Below are positions 35,866-43,755 of a DNA stretch of 43,755 nt, piece by piece. Origin of the DNA: Candidatus Nanohaloarchaea archaeon (lineage in GTDB: Archaea > Nanohalarchaeota > Nanosalinia > Nanosalinales > Nanosalinaceae); contig JAWOFP010000034.1 in NCBI GenBank assembly GCA_046497485.1, positions 1-43,755 of the forward strand, given 5' to 3'. Positions within the stretch are counted from its first letter, which is position 1. Every line of letters begins with the position of its first letter. The notes beneath the pieces are model-generated. The model was not told the DNA's origin. It saw only the letters and a program-made list of their open reading frames with translations, and searched no databases. A program made the position numbers and the translations under genes.

Positions 35866-38709
35866 TCAGCCCTTAATATTCACTACAGGCCTCATTTTAG
35901 CCACCTTTTTACCGATTCCTAGAGAGTCGCTGACTTCTATGACTTCATCCACATCCTTGTAGCTGCCAGGCGCTTCCTCCGCGATTGTTGAGCCTGATGC
36001 TGCTTTAACATGGATACCTTCCCGTTTCAAGTCATTCTGAATATCTTTACCCCAGTAATCCTGCTTGGACTGGCTCCTAGACTTTAACCGGCCGGCACCA
36101 TGAGCAGTTGAACCGAATGAAAGACTCATGCTTTTTTCTCCACCGGAAAGAATATAGCTTGAAGTCCCCATAGTACCAGGAATCAATACAGGTTGGCCAG
36201 ACTCTCTGTAGGTCTCCGGAACTTTTTCATGTCCTGGCGGAAAGGCTCGTGTCGCACCTTTTCTATGAACAATAACATCCTTCTGTTTACCATTTACTTC
36301 GTGAGTTTCCTCTTTCGCAATGTTGTGACAGACATCGTAAACCAGGCCTACATCAGGACCGCCAAATAAAGTTCCAAGTGACTCTCTCACAGCTTGAGTG
36401 ATAGCCTGGCGGTTGCACCATGCAAAGTTTGCCGCTGCATACATCGCCCCTTTGTAATCCTGTGCTTCCTGCGAGTCTATAGGGGCATAGATCAAGTTCT
36501 TTTCCGGAATACTTTCAGCGATATCTGGGTAAGCTTTCTCAAACTCCCTCACATAGTCTGAGCAGGTCTGATGGCCTAAACCTCTAGAACCTGAATGAAT
36601 CATTACCAAGACTTGATCCTCTTCTAGCCCGAAGGCCTCAGCCTTCTCCTCTGAGAACACTTCATCAACTACCTGGACTTCTAGGAAATGGTTTCCGCTG
36701 CCTAAAGATCCTAGTTGTTTTAGGCCTCGAGTCTTAGCTTTCTCCGGCACCTTGTCCGAGTTCCCCGGTAGTCGGCCGTTTTCCTCACAGTGTTCCAAGT
36801 CTTCTTTTTCTGCGTGACCGTTTTCCAGCATCCAATCCATTCCTTTTTCCAGAATTTCCTCTAAATCTTCTTCATCGATATCGATGTACCCTCCTTTACC
36901 GAGCCCACACGGAACCTTCGAATAAAGAATGTTAGCCAATTGCTCCTCCATCCCATCAATGTCACCCGCTGTTAAACCAGTTTTAAGCACTCTAACCCCG
37001 CAATTAGATACGATAAACTGGTTTGCATTAAAATTATGAGCTTCATGCTTTACACCAATATCATACACCGTTTCTACACCATCAGCCTCAATTTCTTTGA
37101 TCGTAGTCTTAACAGCAAGATTATCCTTTACTTCAATGTTTTTTGCAAATTCTTCAAAGCTAGGAAAATCCTTAGGAGGCCTTGGACTAGTTTTCCGACC
37201 GCCATATACACTTCTTTCTATAAACCTGTCATTTATCTCAAATCTCTGTTTTATGTCTTTCGGAGCCATACCTCCTTCATACAGCTGTACAGCTTGTTTT
37301 GAGATATTTTTCCTTCTTTCAATTGCTTTTTTCTTGGTTTTAAGATATTGAACTACTCTCACAGACTTTATCCTTTTTTCTAAATTATAGCGATAGCCTA
37401 TCCGGGTGTAGAAATTAATTAAATTTTCTAAGTCGTTCTTTATACCAAGCCTGTGCCTCATTACCTCTCCATCTTGGTTTTCATGAGTTTCGAATGCCTC
37501 AATATTATTCGTGTTTATATTGAGATCCTGTAAAAGCTGTTTTATGCCGCTCATGAATTGTTTGCCGCTCTCTCCAATATTTTTGGACTTGTTTTGGGAG
37601 ATTTTTGGACAATAAAAGTCTTTTGCATGCTGGGCTTTAGGCGAGCTCATCTCTGCTCCAAAGAACGCTGAGAGATAAAGTGCTTTTTGCCATCCTGTCA
37701 ATCTATGCACGTATTCAGGTACAGTAAATTCTTGAGCTGTTTTCTTTCCTTTAGGCGCACCAAGTTTTACAAGTAGTTTTTGGAATGCATTGGAAGTTGA
37801 TTTTATAGACGTTTCGGTTCTTTCGAAGGGCTCCAGTCTTACTTGATGAGTTCTTTTTCTTTCATAAATTGGAGACGGCTTAAACCCTATTCTGCGGATA
37901 TCTTCTGCTATACTTTCTAAGTCCTCCTTGTCAGCATAAAATGTTGTTTCACTGTGATTATTGAATGATCCATCTCCTGTATGAAATCCTACGAGTTTCA
38001 AGAGCAGATTAAATTCTTCGTCAGTAGATTTCAAAGGAAGTAAGTCTCTTTGTTTCAAAGCCTCAATAAGCTGAGGATTCTCTCCCTCAAAGTCTTTTTC
38101 AGTGAGAAGAGTAAATTCTTCAGGTTCTTCATCCTCTACCCCTTCAAAAGGCTGAACATATACTTGTTCTCCTTTATTTAGGTCTTCCACTTCTTTCATG
38201 CCATTAGGCGTTAGGAACGGATGATCTTTAGTTGCTTTAATAGACTCTCCAGTCTCAGTCTCTACGTTAAAAACTTGTTTATCTTCGTTTTCAGTGAAAA
38301 GAACGATATCTGATTCAATTGCCTTCTCTCCTGCAACTACAGCTTTTTCATCAGCAAAGTTCTTCTTCAATTCAGCAATGGATTTGCTTCTTCCGAATTC
38401 AAGAAGGACGTTCGAATCCCTAGATAAGCAATTAATATCGAAGCCTATGCCTCCAGGGCTTATAAGCCCGTTTTCTGCGTTGAAAGCTGCGACTCCTCCG
38501 ATAGGGAACCCATAACCTTGATGGCCGTCAGGCATCACACAAACATGCTTTTCCACACCTGGCAATTTCGCCATATTACAGGCCTGCTCCAATGTAGCAT
38601 CCTCCTTAATCGTCTCCAATAAATCCTCAGAAGCATAAATTTTAGCCGGAACATTCATTCCCTCTTCCAAAATACTGTAAGTATTCTCCTCAACTTTTTC
38701 TATCTCCAT
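35866..38709 (-). CDS. rtcB: RtcB RNA/tRNA-splicing ligase with intein
   Basis: MPD.H.GYG.PIG, GFDIN|CG, GSLGSGNHFLE, HSGSRG, HN, HRKGATR and HGAGR; 471 aa after intein removal. Confidence 0.97.
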   Translation of the reverse strand: MEIEKVEENTYSILEEGMNVPAKIYASEDLLETIKEDATLEQACNMAKLPGVEKHVCVMPDGHQGYGFPIGGVAAFNAENGLISPGGIGFDINCLSRDSNVLLEFGRSKSIAELKKNFADEKAVVAGEKAIESDIVLFTENEDKQVFNVETETGESIKATKDHPFLTPNGMKEVEDLNKGEQVYVQPFEGVEDEEPEEFTLLTEKDFEGENPQLIEALKQRDLLPLKSTDEEFNLLLKLVGFHTGDGSFNNHSETTFYADKEDLESIAEDIRRIGFKPSPIYERKRTHQVRLEPFERTETSIKSTSNAFQKLLVKLGAPKGKKTAQEFTVPEYVHRLTGWQKALYLSAFFGAEMSSPKAQHAKDFYCPKISQNKSKNIGESGKQFMSGIKQLLQDLNINTNNIEAFETHENQDGEVMRHRLGIKNDLENLINFYTRIGYRYNLEKRIKSVRVVQYLKTKKKAIERRKNISKQAVQLYEGGMAPKDIKQRFEINDRFIERSVYGGRKTSPRPPKDFPSFEEFAKNIEVKDNLAVKTTIKEIEADGVETVYDIGVKHEAHNFNANQFIVSNCGVRVLKTGLTAGDIDGMEEQLANILYSKVPCGLGKGGYIDIDEEDLEEILEKGMDWMLENGHAEKEDLEHCEENGRLPGNSDKVPEKAKTRGLKQLGSLGSGNHFLEVQVVDEVFSEEKAEAFGLEEDQVLVMIHSGSRGLGHQTCSDYVREFEKAYPDIAESIPEKNLIYAPIDSQEAQDYKGAMYAAANFAWCNRQAITQAVRESLGTLFGGPDVGLVYDVCHNIAKEETHEVNGKQKDVIVHRKGATRAFPPGHEKVPETYRESGQPVLIPGTMGTSSYILSGGEKSMSLSFGSTAHGAGRLKSRSQSKQDYWGKDIQNDLKREGIHVKAASGSTIAEEAPGSYKDVDEVIEVSDSLGIGKKVAKMRPVVNIKG
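37003..38430 (-). mobile_element. intein (476 aa) with LAGLIDADG homing endonuclease
   Basis: Starts CLSRDS; block B ATKDHPF; LVGFHTGDGS and LSAFFGAE; ends VYDIGV....NF.AN...VSN|C. Confidence 0.95.
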
Positions 38710-38733
38710 AAGTCCAATTTCAAAATGAGTCTT

Positions 38734-39090
38734 TTATTTTAGGTCTTGTGAGAGGCCTAGGCTTATTTCTATGGCTTCATCTATTTCATTCATCTTCTCT
38801 CCAGCAATTTCCCCAAATTTTTTCTTTATCCTTTTTTGCTTATCTATCGTGAATATCTGGTTCAGCATCGCTTTTGTATCTCTATTTACTTCCTCTTCTT
38901 CAGCTCTAATTTCAACATCAGTAGGATATACTTCACTATAACTTGAAGAGAGGGCTGCTACTATTATTGTAGGTGCGTGAGCGTTTCCAACATCGTTCTG
39001 TATCACTATGCATGGACGCGTTTTACCTTGTTCAGAACCTTTCTTAGGCTCAAGATCTACTAGAATAAGATCTCCTCTAGTTATTTCCAT
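38734..39090 (-). CDS. mazF: MazF/PemK-family toxin
   Basis: RGD...V.L.P..GSEQGK.RP..VIQND and QI.TIDK motifs. Confidence 0.93.
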   Translation of the reverse strand: MEITRGDLILVDLEPKKGSEQGKTRPCIVIQNDVGNAHAPTIIVAALSSSYSEVYPTDVEIRAEEEEVNRDTKAMLNQIFTIDKQKRIKKKFGEIAGEKMNEIDEAIEISLGLSQDLK

Positions 39091-39092
39091 GT

Positions 39093-39341
39093 TTAAATCG
39101 AATTTGTTTCAGAGGCTTGAAGCATTTCTTCCGAAATTTCTCTTTGCTTCTCTGAGCTCATCTGTTTATAGGCCTTTTTCAGCTCTTCTTTTGAGTCCTT
39201 CTCTTTCTCTATAATTAGTTCTCCTTTTTCGTTTTCCTCAAACTCTATTCTGTCACCAGGCCTGATCTTTTCTTTATCTCTAATTTCTTTTGGTATTGTG
39301 ACCTGTCCTCTCTCACCGACTTTTCTAGAACTAGAACCCAT
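39093..39341 (-). CDS. mazE: AbrB/MazE-family antitoxin
   Basis: KVGERGQVTIPKEIR....I.PGD; TAATTCATA tandem repeat directly upstream. Confidence 0.88.
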   Translation of the reverse strand: MGSSSRKVGERGQVTIPKEIRDKEKIRPGDRIEFEENEKGELIIEKEKDSKEELKKAYKQMSSEKQREISEEMLQASETNSI

Positions 39342-39388
39342 AATTCATATTTAATTCATACTCTTAAGAATATTTCGGAACAACAAAT

Positions 39389-39799
39389 CTAGACATCTAA
39401 AACTGCTTCCAAGATCCATTTTTTATCCTGGTAGTCGACCTTCATTTCGTTGTATGTCGGAGATTTAATATCCAGAAGACTCATATCTGAAGTGATATTA
39501 TCGACTACAATAGTGGCCTTAATCGTCCAAGAATCTCTTTTCTCCTCCACCTCTAATTCTTCTGCATATGAAATTACGACAGTTTCCGAGTCTTGGAGAA
39601 AAACCAATTCATCTAGGAAATCATATAGTAAGGCCTCCAAATTCTCTGACTCTACCTCTATCTTGTGGTGATACTGTCCATGAGTGTCGCCGCCTACGAT
39701 TTCAGCGAAGGCCTTTACTGCTTCGGAGAACGCTTCCTCTTTTGACTCTCCTTCCGCGTGAAACTTTTCATCCGCTGAGTGTTCAAGTATCTCAAACAT
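39389..39799 (-). CDS. archease (RtcB cofactor)
   Basis: FEILEH.AD, LL.DFL.EL, IK..TY and C-terminal LDV. Confidence 0.93.
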   Translation of the reverse strand: MFEILEHSADEKFHAEGESKEEAFSEAVKAFAEIVGGDTHGQYHHKIEVESENLEALLYDFLDELVFLQDSETVVISYAEELEVEEKRDSWTIKATIVVDNITSDMSLLDIKSPTYNEMKVDYQDKKWILEAVLDV

Positions 39800-40355
39800 C
39801 GAAGTGAACCTCCAAGGCCTTCTCTATCAACTTGTTAGTCTCCCCTATACTTAATTCTGTGTTATCAATTATTAGATCGTAGATAGTTAAATCATCCATG
39901 TCAATCCCGTAGTAGTCTCTGTAACGCTCCTTATTATCTCTATCCCGTTTAATTATACGGCTTCGAGCCTCTTCCTCAGAAATCTCTTCCCTCTCCGCTA
40001 CCCTGCTAGACCGTTCCCCCAAATCGGCTTTCAACCTAATCCTAAGGTCCGAGTAATCACCCATAACATGGCAGGAAATCCGCGACTCGATTACACAGTC
40101 TTCATTCAATCCTTTCTGAAAAGTTCTTCTATCCACCTCTAAATCAGTCTCCTTATCCGCCTTCTCAGAAAGCTCTCCGACCGTCAGGCCTCTTTCCTTT
40201 GCGATATTCCGGAAAAAATCTCCTGCAGAATAATGCTCAATACCCAGAAACTCCGAGATATGCTCAGCCAAAGTACCTTTCCCGGCACCCGATCTGCCGT
40301 CAATCGTAATTAAAATTTCAGAACTTCTTTCTCCCTCAAGACCTAACTCGCTCAT
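39792..40355 (-). CDS. cmk: archaeal-type cytidylate kinase
   Basis: ITIDG.SGAGKGT, SAG..FR..A.ERG, D..VD, ESR and RY..YYGID motifs. Confidence 0.9.
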   Translation of the reverse strand: MSELGLEGERSSEILITIDGRSGAGKGTLAEHISEFLGIEHYSAGDFFRNIAKERGLTVGELSEKADKETDLEVDRRTFQKGLNEDCVIESRISCHVMGDYSDLRIRLKADLGERSSRVAEREEISEEEARSRIIKRDRDNKERYRDYYGIDMDDLTIYDLIIDNTELSIGETNKLIEKALEVHFDV

Positions 40356-40439
40356 ATAAGAAAGTTGTAATGACAGCTTTAATGCCTTTAAGCTCATAAG
40401 ATTTTTAACCACAACTAGCCAATTTCATCGAGGGATACT

Positions 40440-41453
40440 TTGGAAAAAGGAATTTCTTACGACGACATTCTGATCAAGCCTCAAAAAACCAGTGTAACAA
40501 GCCTAGAAAACGTAGATACCTCTACAGAAATAGCAGGCCTGAAACTTGAAGTCCCTATTATCTCAGCTGCAATGGACACCGTCACGGAGAAAAGATTTGC
40601 GGAAGAAATCGCTAAGCTAGGAGGCCTAGGATGCATACACCGATTTATGCCCATCGAGGAACAGGCATCGCAGGTAGAAGAAGTTAAGAAAAAAGACTTG
40701 AAAGTATCCGCAGCAATAGGCCTGAAAGATAGAGAAAGGGCTAAAGCACTTTTAGATGCAGAAGTTGACGCCCTTGTAATTGATATAGCTCACGGCCACC
40801 ACGAAAGCCTGCTTGAAGAGCTAGAATATTATTCTGAAACTGAAGCCACAGTTATCGCAGGAAATATAGGAACTGCAGCCGGCGCCAAGGATCTGGAAGA
40901 GGCGGGCGCCGACGCCGTAAAAGTAGGTATAGGCCCAGGTTCATCATGCATAACAAGAGAGATGACAGGCGCAGGAGTTCCACAGTTTACAGCTGTAAAG
41001 AACTGTGCTGAAGCAGTCGACATACCAATAATCGCTGACGGAGGGATCAGAAAGCCTGGAGACCTTGTAAAGGCAGTAGCTGCAGGGGCTTCAGCAGGGC
41101 AAATCGGAGGAATGTTCGCAGGCACAAAGGAAACTCCAGGAGAAATTATGGAGATCGAAGGAGAAAAATACAAAGTCTACAGAGGCATGGCCTCAAAGGA
41201 AGCAGCAGAAAAAAGAGCTGAAAGAGAAAAAAGAGACGAAAAATACTCCGATAGAGTACCTGAAGGAGTAGAAACCAAAGTAAAATACAAAGGCCATCTA
41301 AAAAACATCATATCAAACCTTGAAGGAGGCCTCCGTTCAGGGATAAGTTACTGCGGAGCAGACAACGTGAAAGAAGCCCAGAAAAAAGCCGAGTTCATAG
41401 AGATCTCAGAATCAACACAGTCAAGGAACTCACATCACGCAGAAAGCCTGTAA
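40440..41453 (+). CDS. guaB: IMP dehydrogenase/GMP reductase family protein without CBS domains
   Basis: SAAMDTVT, D.AHGH, GIGPGS.C.TR, IADGGI, YRGMAS and VPEG; TTG start. Confidence 0.8.
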   Translation: MEKGISYDDILIKPQKTSVTSLENVDTSTEIAGLKLEVPIISAAMDTVTEKRFAEEIAKLGGLGCIHRFMPIEEQASQVEEVKKKDLKVSAAIGLKDRERAKALLDAEVDALVIDIAHGHHESLLEELEYYSETEATVIAGNIGTAAGAKDLEEAGADAVKVGIGPGSSCITREMTGAGVPQFTAVKNCAEAVDIPIIADGGIRKPGDLVKAVAAGASAGQIGGMFAGTKETPGEIMEIEGEKYKVYRGMASKEAAEKRAEREKRDEKYSDRVPEGVETKVKYKGHLKNIISNLEGGLRSGISYCGADNVKEAQKKAEFIEISESTQSRNSHHAESL

Positions 41454-41557
41454 AAATCAAAAAATCCGAATCAGATAATGGCTTGACCAACTCTTTACAC
41501 AGATGCCTAGCTGGCTCACGAAATTAATTATATTTTCAATCGCGGTTAAACCAAATT

Positions 41558-41576
41558 AATATAACGCCGTTATATT
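41558..41576. repeat. third copy of the ATATAAC-N3-GTTATAT palindromic core
   Basis: AATATAAC-GCC-GTTATATT, intergenic, upstream of the LAGLIDADG gene. Confidence 0.65.
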
Positions 41577-41670
41577 TTGGAAGATAATTCCATAGAGGCG
41601 ATCAAACACTAAAAAGACTCATAAATAAGCAGTAAAAACCATTAAAAACATTAAAAACACTTAATACAAT

Positions 41671-42420
41671 ATGGCTAGCCCAGAACAAATCCAGAAGATA
41701 AAAAAGCTAGCTAAAAAAGGAGAATCAGTTAATAAAATTAAAGAAACACTAGAACTACCGAAATCAACAGTTTATTATCACTTCAAAAAAGAAGTAGGAC
41801 AAAAACAGAAAGAAAAGGCCTTAAAAATCCCAGAAGACGAAGAAATCAAAGGAGAGCTATGTGGAATATTCGCAGGCGACGGAAACTTCTACAAAGAGAA
41901 AAACCAGCAGTACAGGATAAGATTTTATTTCAATTATCACGAAAAGTATTGGGAAGTTCTTGCCGATTTTCTTGAAGAGAAACTTGAAAGAAGGCCTCGA
42001 ATCTATAAATATCCTCATAAAGGGCGCGTAGAATTTGATTACTCATCTAAACCTCTTTACAAATTGTTAAAAGAAAACCTTGACTGGGGCACAGATAAAA
42101 CAGAAAGCATTAGGCTGAAAGAAGATAAAGATTTCTGCGAAGATTTTCAAAGAGGTTTTATTAGAGGTCTTTTAGATACTGACGGTCATCGAGAGAAAAA
42201 GTTTAGAAGATTTATCTATGGGACAATAAGCGTAAGTCTGCGAAATAATTTTTCCAAGATATTAGAAGATTTTATTATAGAACATACAAATTATAAAGAA
42301 GAACCAGAACAAGAGCATTGGAGAACTATGCACAAACTGTGGATTTCAGGTGACGAAGCAGAGATATTTCAGAGAAAAATAAGCCCTAGAAATCCGAAGA
42401 AGCAATATCGCGAGTTTTAA
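41671..42420 (+). CDS. free-standing LAGLIDADG endonuclease-family protein with N-terminal HTH
   Basis: G.S...I...L.LPKSTVYY (HTH); ELCGIFAGDG and FIRGLLDTDG motifs. Confidence 0.85.
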   Translation: MASPEQIQKIKKLAKKGESVNKIKETLELPKSTVYYHFKKEVGQKQKEKALKIPEDEEIKGELCGIFAGDGNFYKEKNQQYRIRFYFNYHEKYWEVLADFLEEKLERRPRIYKYPHKGRVEFDYSSKPLYKLLKENLDWGTDKTESIRLKEDKDFCEDFQRGFIRGLLDTDGHREKKFRRFIYGTISVSLRNNFSKILEDFIIEHTNYKEEPEQEHWRTMHKLWISGDEAEIFQRKISPRNPKKQYREF

Positions 42421-42461
42421 AGAAAAATTACATTCTTTTGACGCGTTAGAATAAGTATAGA

Positions 42462-42567
42462 CGCGGAGCGCGGGATTTGAACCCGCGTTACCACCGCTCC
42501 GCGCACAACACAACGAGGTGATGTGGTTGACAGGGTGGTATGATGGGCCAGACTACACTAGCTCCGC
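42462..42567 (-). tRNA. tRNA-Asp(GTC) with a 31-nt intron at 37/38 (42497-42527)
   Basis: GCGGAGC/GCTCCGC acceptor stem; CCACC-CTGTCA|intron|C-GGTGG; T-arm GCGGGTTCAAATCCCGC; 75 nt after splicing. Confidence 0.95.
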
Positions 42568-42650
42568 TGTATTCTAACAGTTGATGGTGAGTTTTTTAAA
42601 CCATTACTAAATAGGAAAGGAACTAAACCTTTTGGAAAGTGAGTTAGCTT

Positions 42651-43755
42651 ATGGATTACATAGTGATCGGTGACGGAGTAGCAGGCGCGACGGCTGCAGA
42701 AAGGATTAGAAAAGAAGACGAAAAGGCCTCTATAAAGGTTTTTACGGATGAGTCTCAGGCCTTGTACAACCGGATTATGTTGAAGACTTTCATGAAAGGT
42801 ACTTTACCTGCCCAGTATACTCAGATGCATGATGAGGATTGGTATGAGAAAAAGGGTATTGATCTTTATTTGGAGACTAGGATTGAGGAAGTAAAAGATG
42901 AGTATAACAGTGTTATCTCAGAAGATGGTGAGGAATATTCTTACGATAAATTACTGGTGGCGACAGGCGGATCACCTCGAGAATACCCGTTGGATGAGGA
43001 TTATGAGAACCTACATTATATGTGGACGATGAAAGACGCAGAAGAGATTAAGGACTCGGCTGAAAATTCTGAAACCGCAGCAGTAATTGGCGGAGGCCTA
43101 CTGGGAATCGACTTAGCCGTAGCTTACGCAGAAAACGACTGCGAGACCTATTACCTGATTCGAGATGATAGATGGTGGCATCGCGGCATCTCAAAGAAAG
43201 GAGCAGAAATAATTCACAGAAAACTAGAGGAAAAAGGCGTCAATGTAATTACTGAAACAGAGGCCTCAAGTTTTGAAGGAGAAGAAAAAATTGAGAAAGT
43301 TGTAACAGAAAGCAGAGAGTTTGAGGTTGATGCAGTTGCTTTAGCAATTGGACAGACACCTAACTCAGAGATAGTTGATGTTGAGAAGAATGAGGCCTCA
43401 ATGATTAAAGTTGATGAGAATCTCCAGGCTTCTGATGAAGATGTTTTTGCGGCAGGTAACATGGTAGAATACTACTCCCCGGTTTTAGAGGAGAGAACTG
43501 TGAAAGGATCTTGGGATCATAGTGAGGCGATGGGAGAGTATGCAGCAGACAACATACTGGGAAATGATAGGCCTTTCAACTTCATCAACACCTATGGAGT
43601 AGGTCATTTCGATGTACAGTTCTTAGCGATCGGGGACTGGACCGGCGAACCGGTAGAGAAAAAGTATTCAGAGGATGAGTATCGTAGACTCTTCTTCAAA
43701 AATGATAGACTGGTCGGCGCCGTAATGATAGGATTCACTAAAGGCCAGGAAAAAA
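42651..43755 (+). CDS. NAD(P)/FAD-dependent pyridine nucleotide oxidoreductase, 3' partial (not in the ORF track)
   Basis: Hand translation gives MDYIVIGDGVAG..AA, YNRI.L, YDKLLVATGG, VIGGGLLG and VFAAGN; the frame is open to the window end. Confidence 0.9.
   Translation, partial: MDYIVIGDGVAGATAAERIRKEDEKASIKVFTDESQALYNRIMLKTFMKGTLPAQYTQMHDEDWYEKKGIDLYLETRIEEVKDEYNSVISEDGEEYSYDKLLVATGGSPREYPLDEDYENLHYMWTMKDAEEIKDSAENSETAAVIGGGLLGIDLAVAYAENDCETYYLIRDDRWWHRGISKKGAEIIHRKLEEKGVNVITETEASSFEGEEKIEKVVTESREFEVDAVALAIGQTPNSEIVDVEKNEASMIKVDENLQASDEDVFAAGNMVEYYSPVLEERTVKGSWDHSEAMGEYAADNILGNDRPFNFINTYGVGHFDVQFLAIGDWTGEPVEKKYSEDEYRRLFFKNDRLVGAVMIGFTKGQEK

Noticed and set aside
41628..41668. Short ATTAAAAAC tandem repeats
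   Set aside because: Low-complexity A-rich promoter sequence with two exact copies; too weak to call iterons or an operator.
1990..43462. Numerous antisense or overlapping ORFs (e.g. 1990-2331, 7548-8006, 26092-26505, 27117-27590, 40829-41173, 43214-43462)
   Set aside because: They are Ser/Phe-rich shadows of acidic genes on the opposite strand and carry no recognisable motifs.

Overview
Archaeal chromosomal segment. Acidic proteins, low GC (about 42% by eye), archaeal rpl18e-rpl13-rps9-rpoN and archease/RtcB, and a BHB-intron tRNA point to Nanohaloarchaeota (DPANN); the taxon is inferred. Housekeeping genes include a class Id-type nrdBA with an NrdR-like box, PduO, a three-piece ATP-citrate lyase, cmk, an IMPDH-family gene, intein-containing RtcB, tRNA-Glu and intron-containing tRNA-Asp. 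They are interleaved with an accessory region at about 14-39 kb holding three class III signal-peptide pilins, five large surface proteins (GLUG, YadA-head, FN3, beta-propeller, PKD) and seven toxin-antitoxin pairs. The best candidate for a new system is a set of pilin-adaptor/adhesin cassettes. In 28672-33362 the pilin tail appears to be the missing A-strand of the neighbouring scaffold's last FN3 domain. The scaffold also carries three orphan G-strands that could complete the truncated FN3 domain of the upstream beta-propeller protein, i.e. donor-strand assembly on a type IV pilus. Other notable signals are a roughly 20-fold excess of the palindrome AGGCCT, dif/att-like repeats flanking one TA module, a circularly permuted DsbA, and a MazEF pair between archease and rtcB. 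All calls are from reading the sequence by eye; no searches were run.
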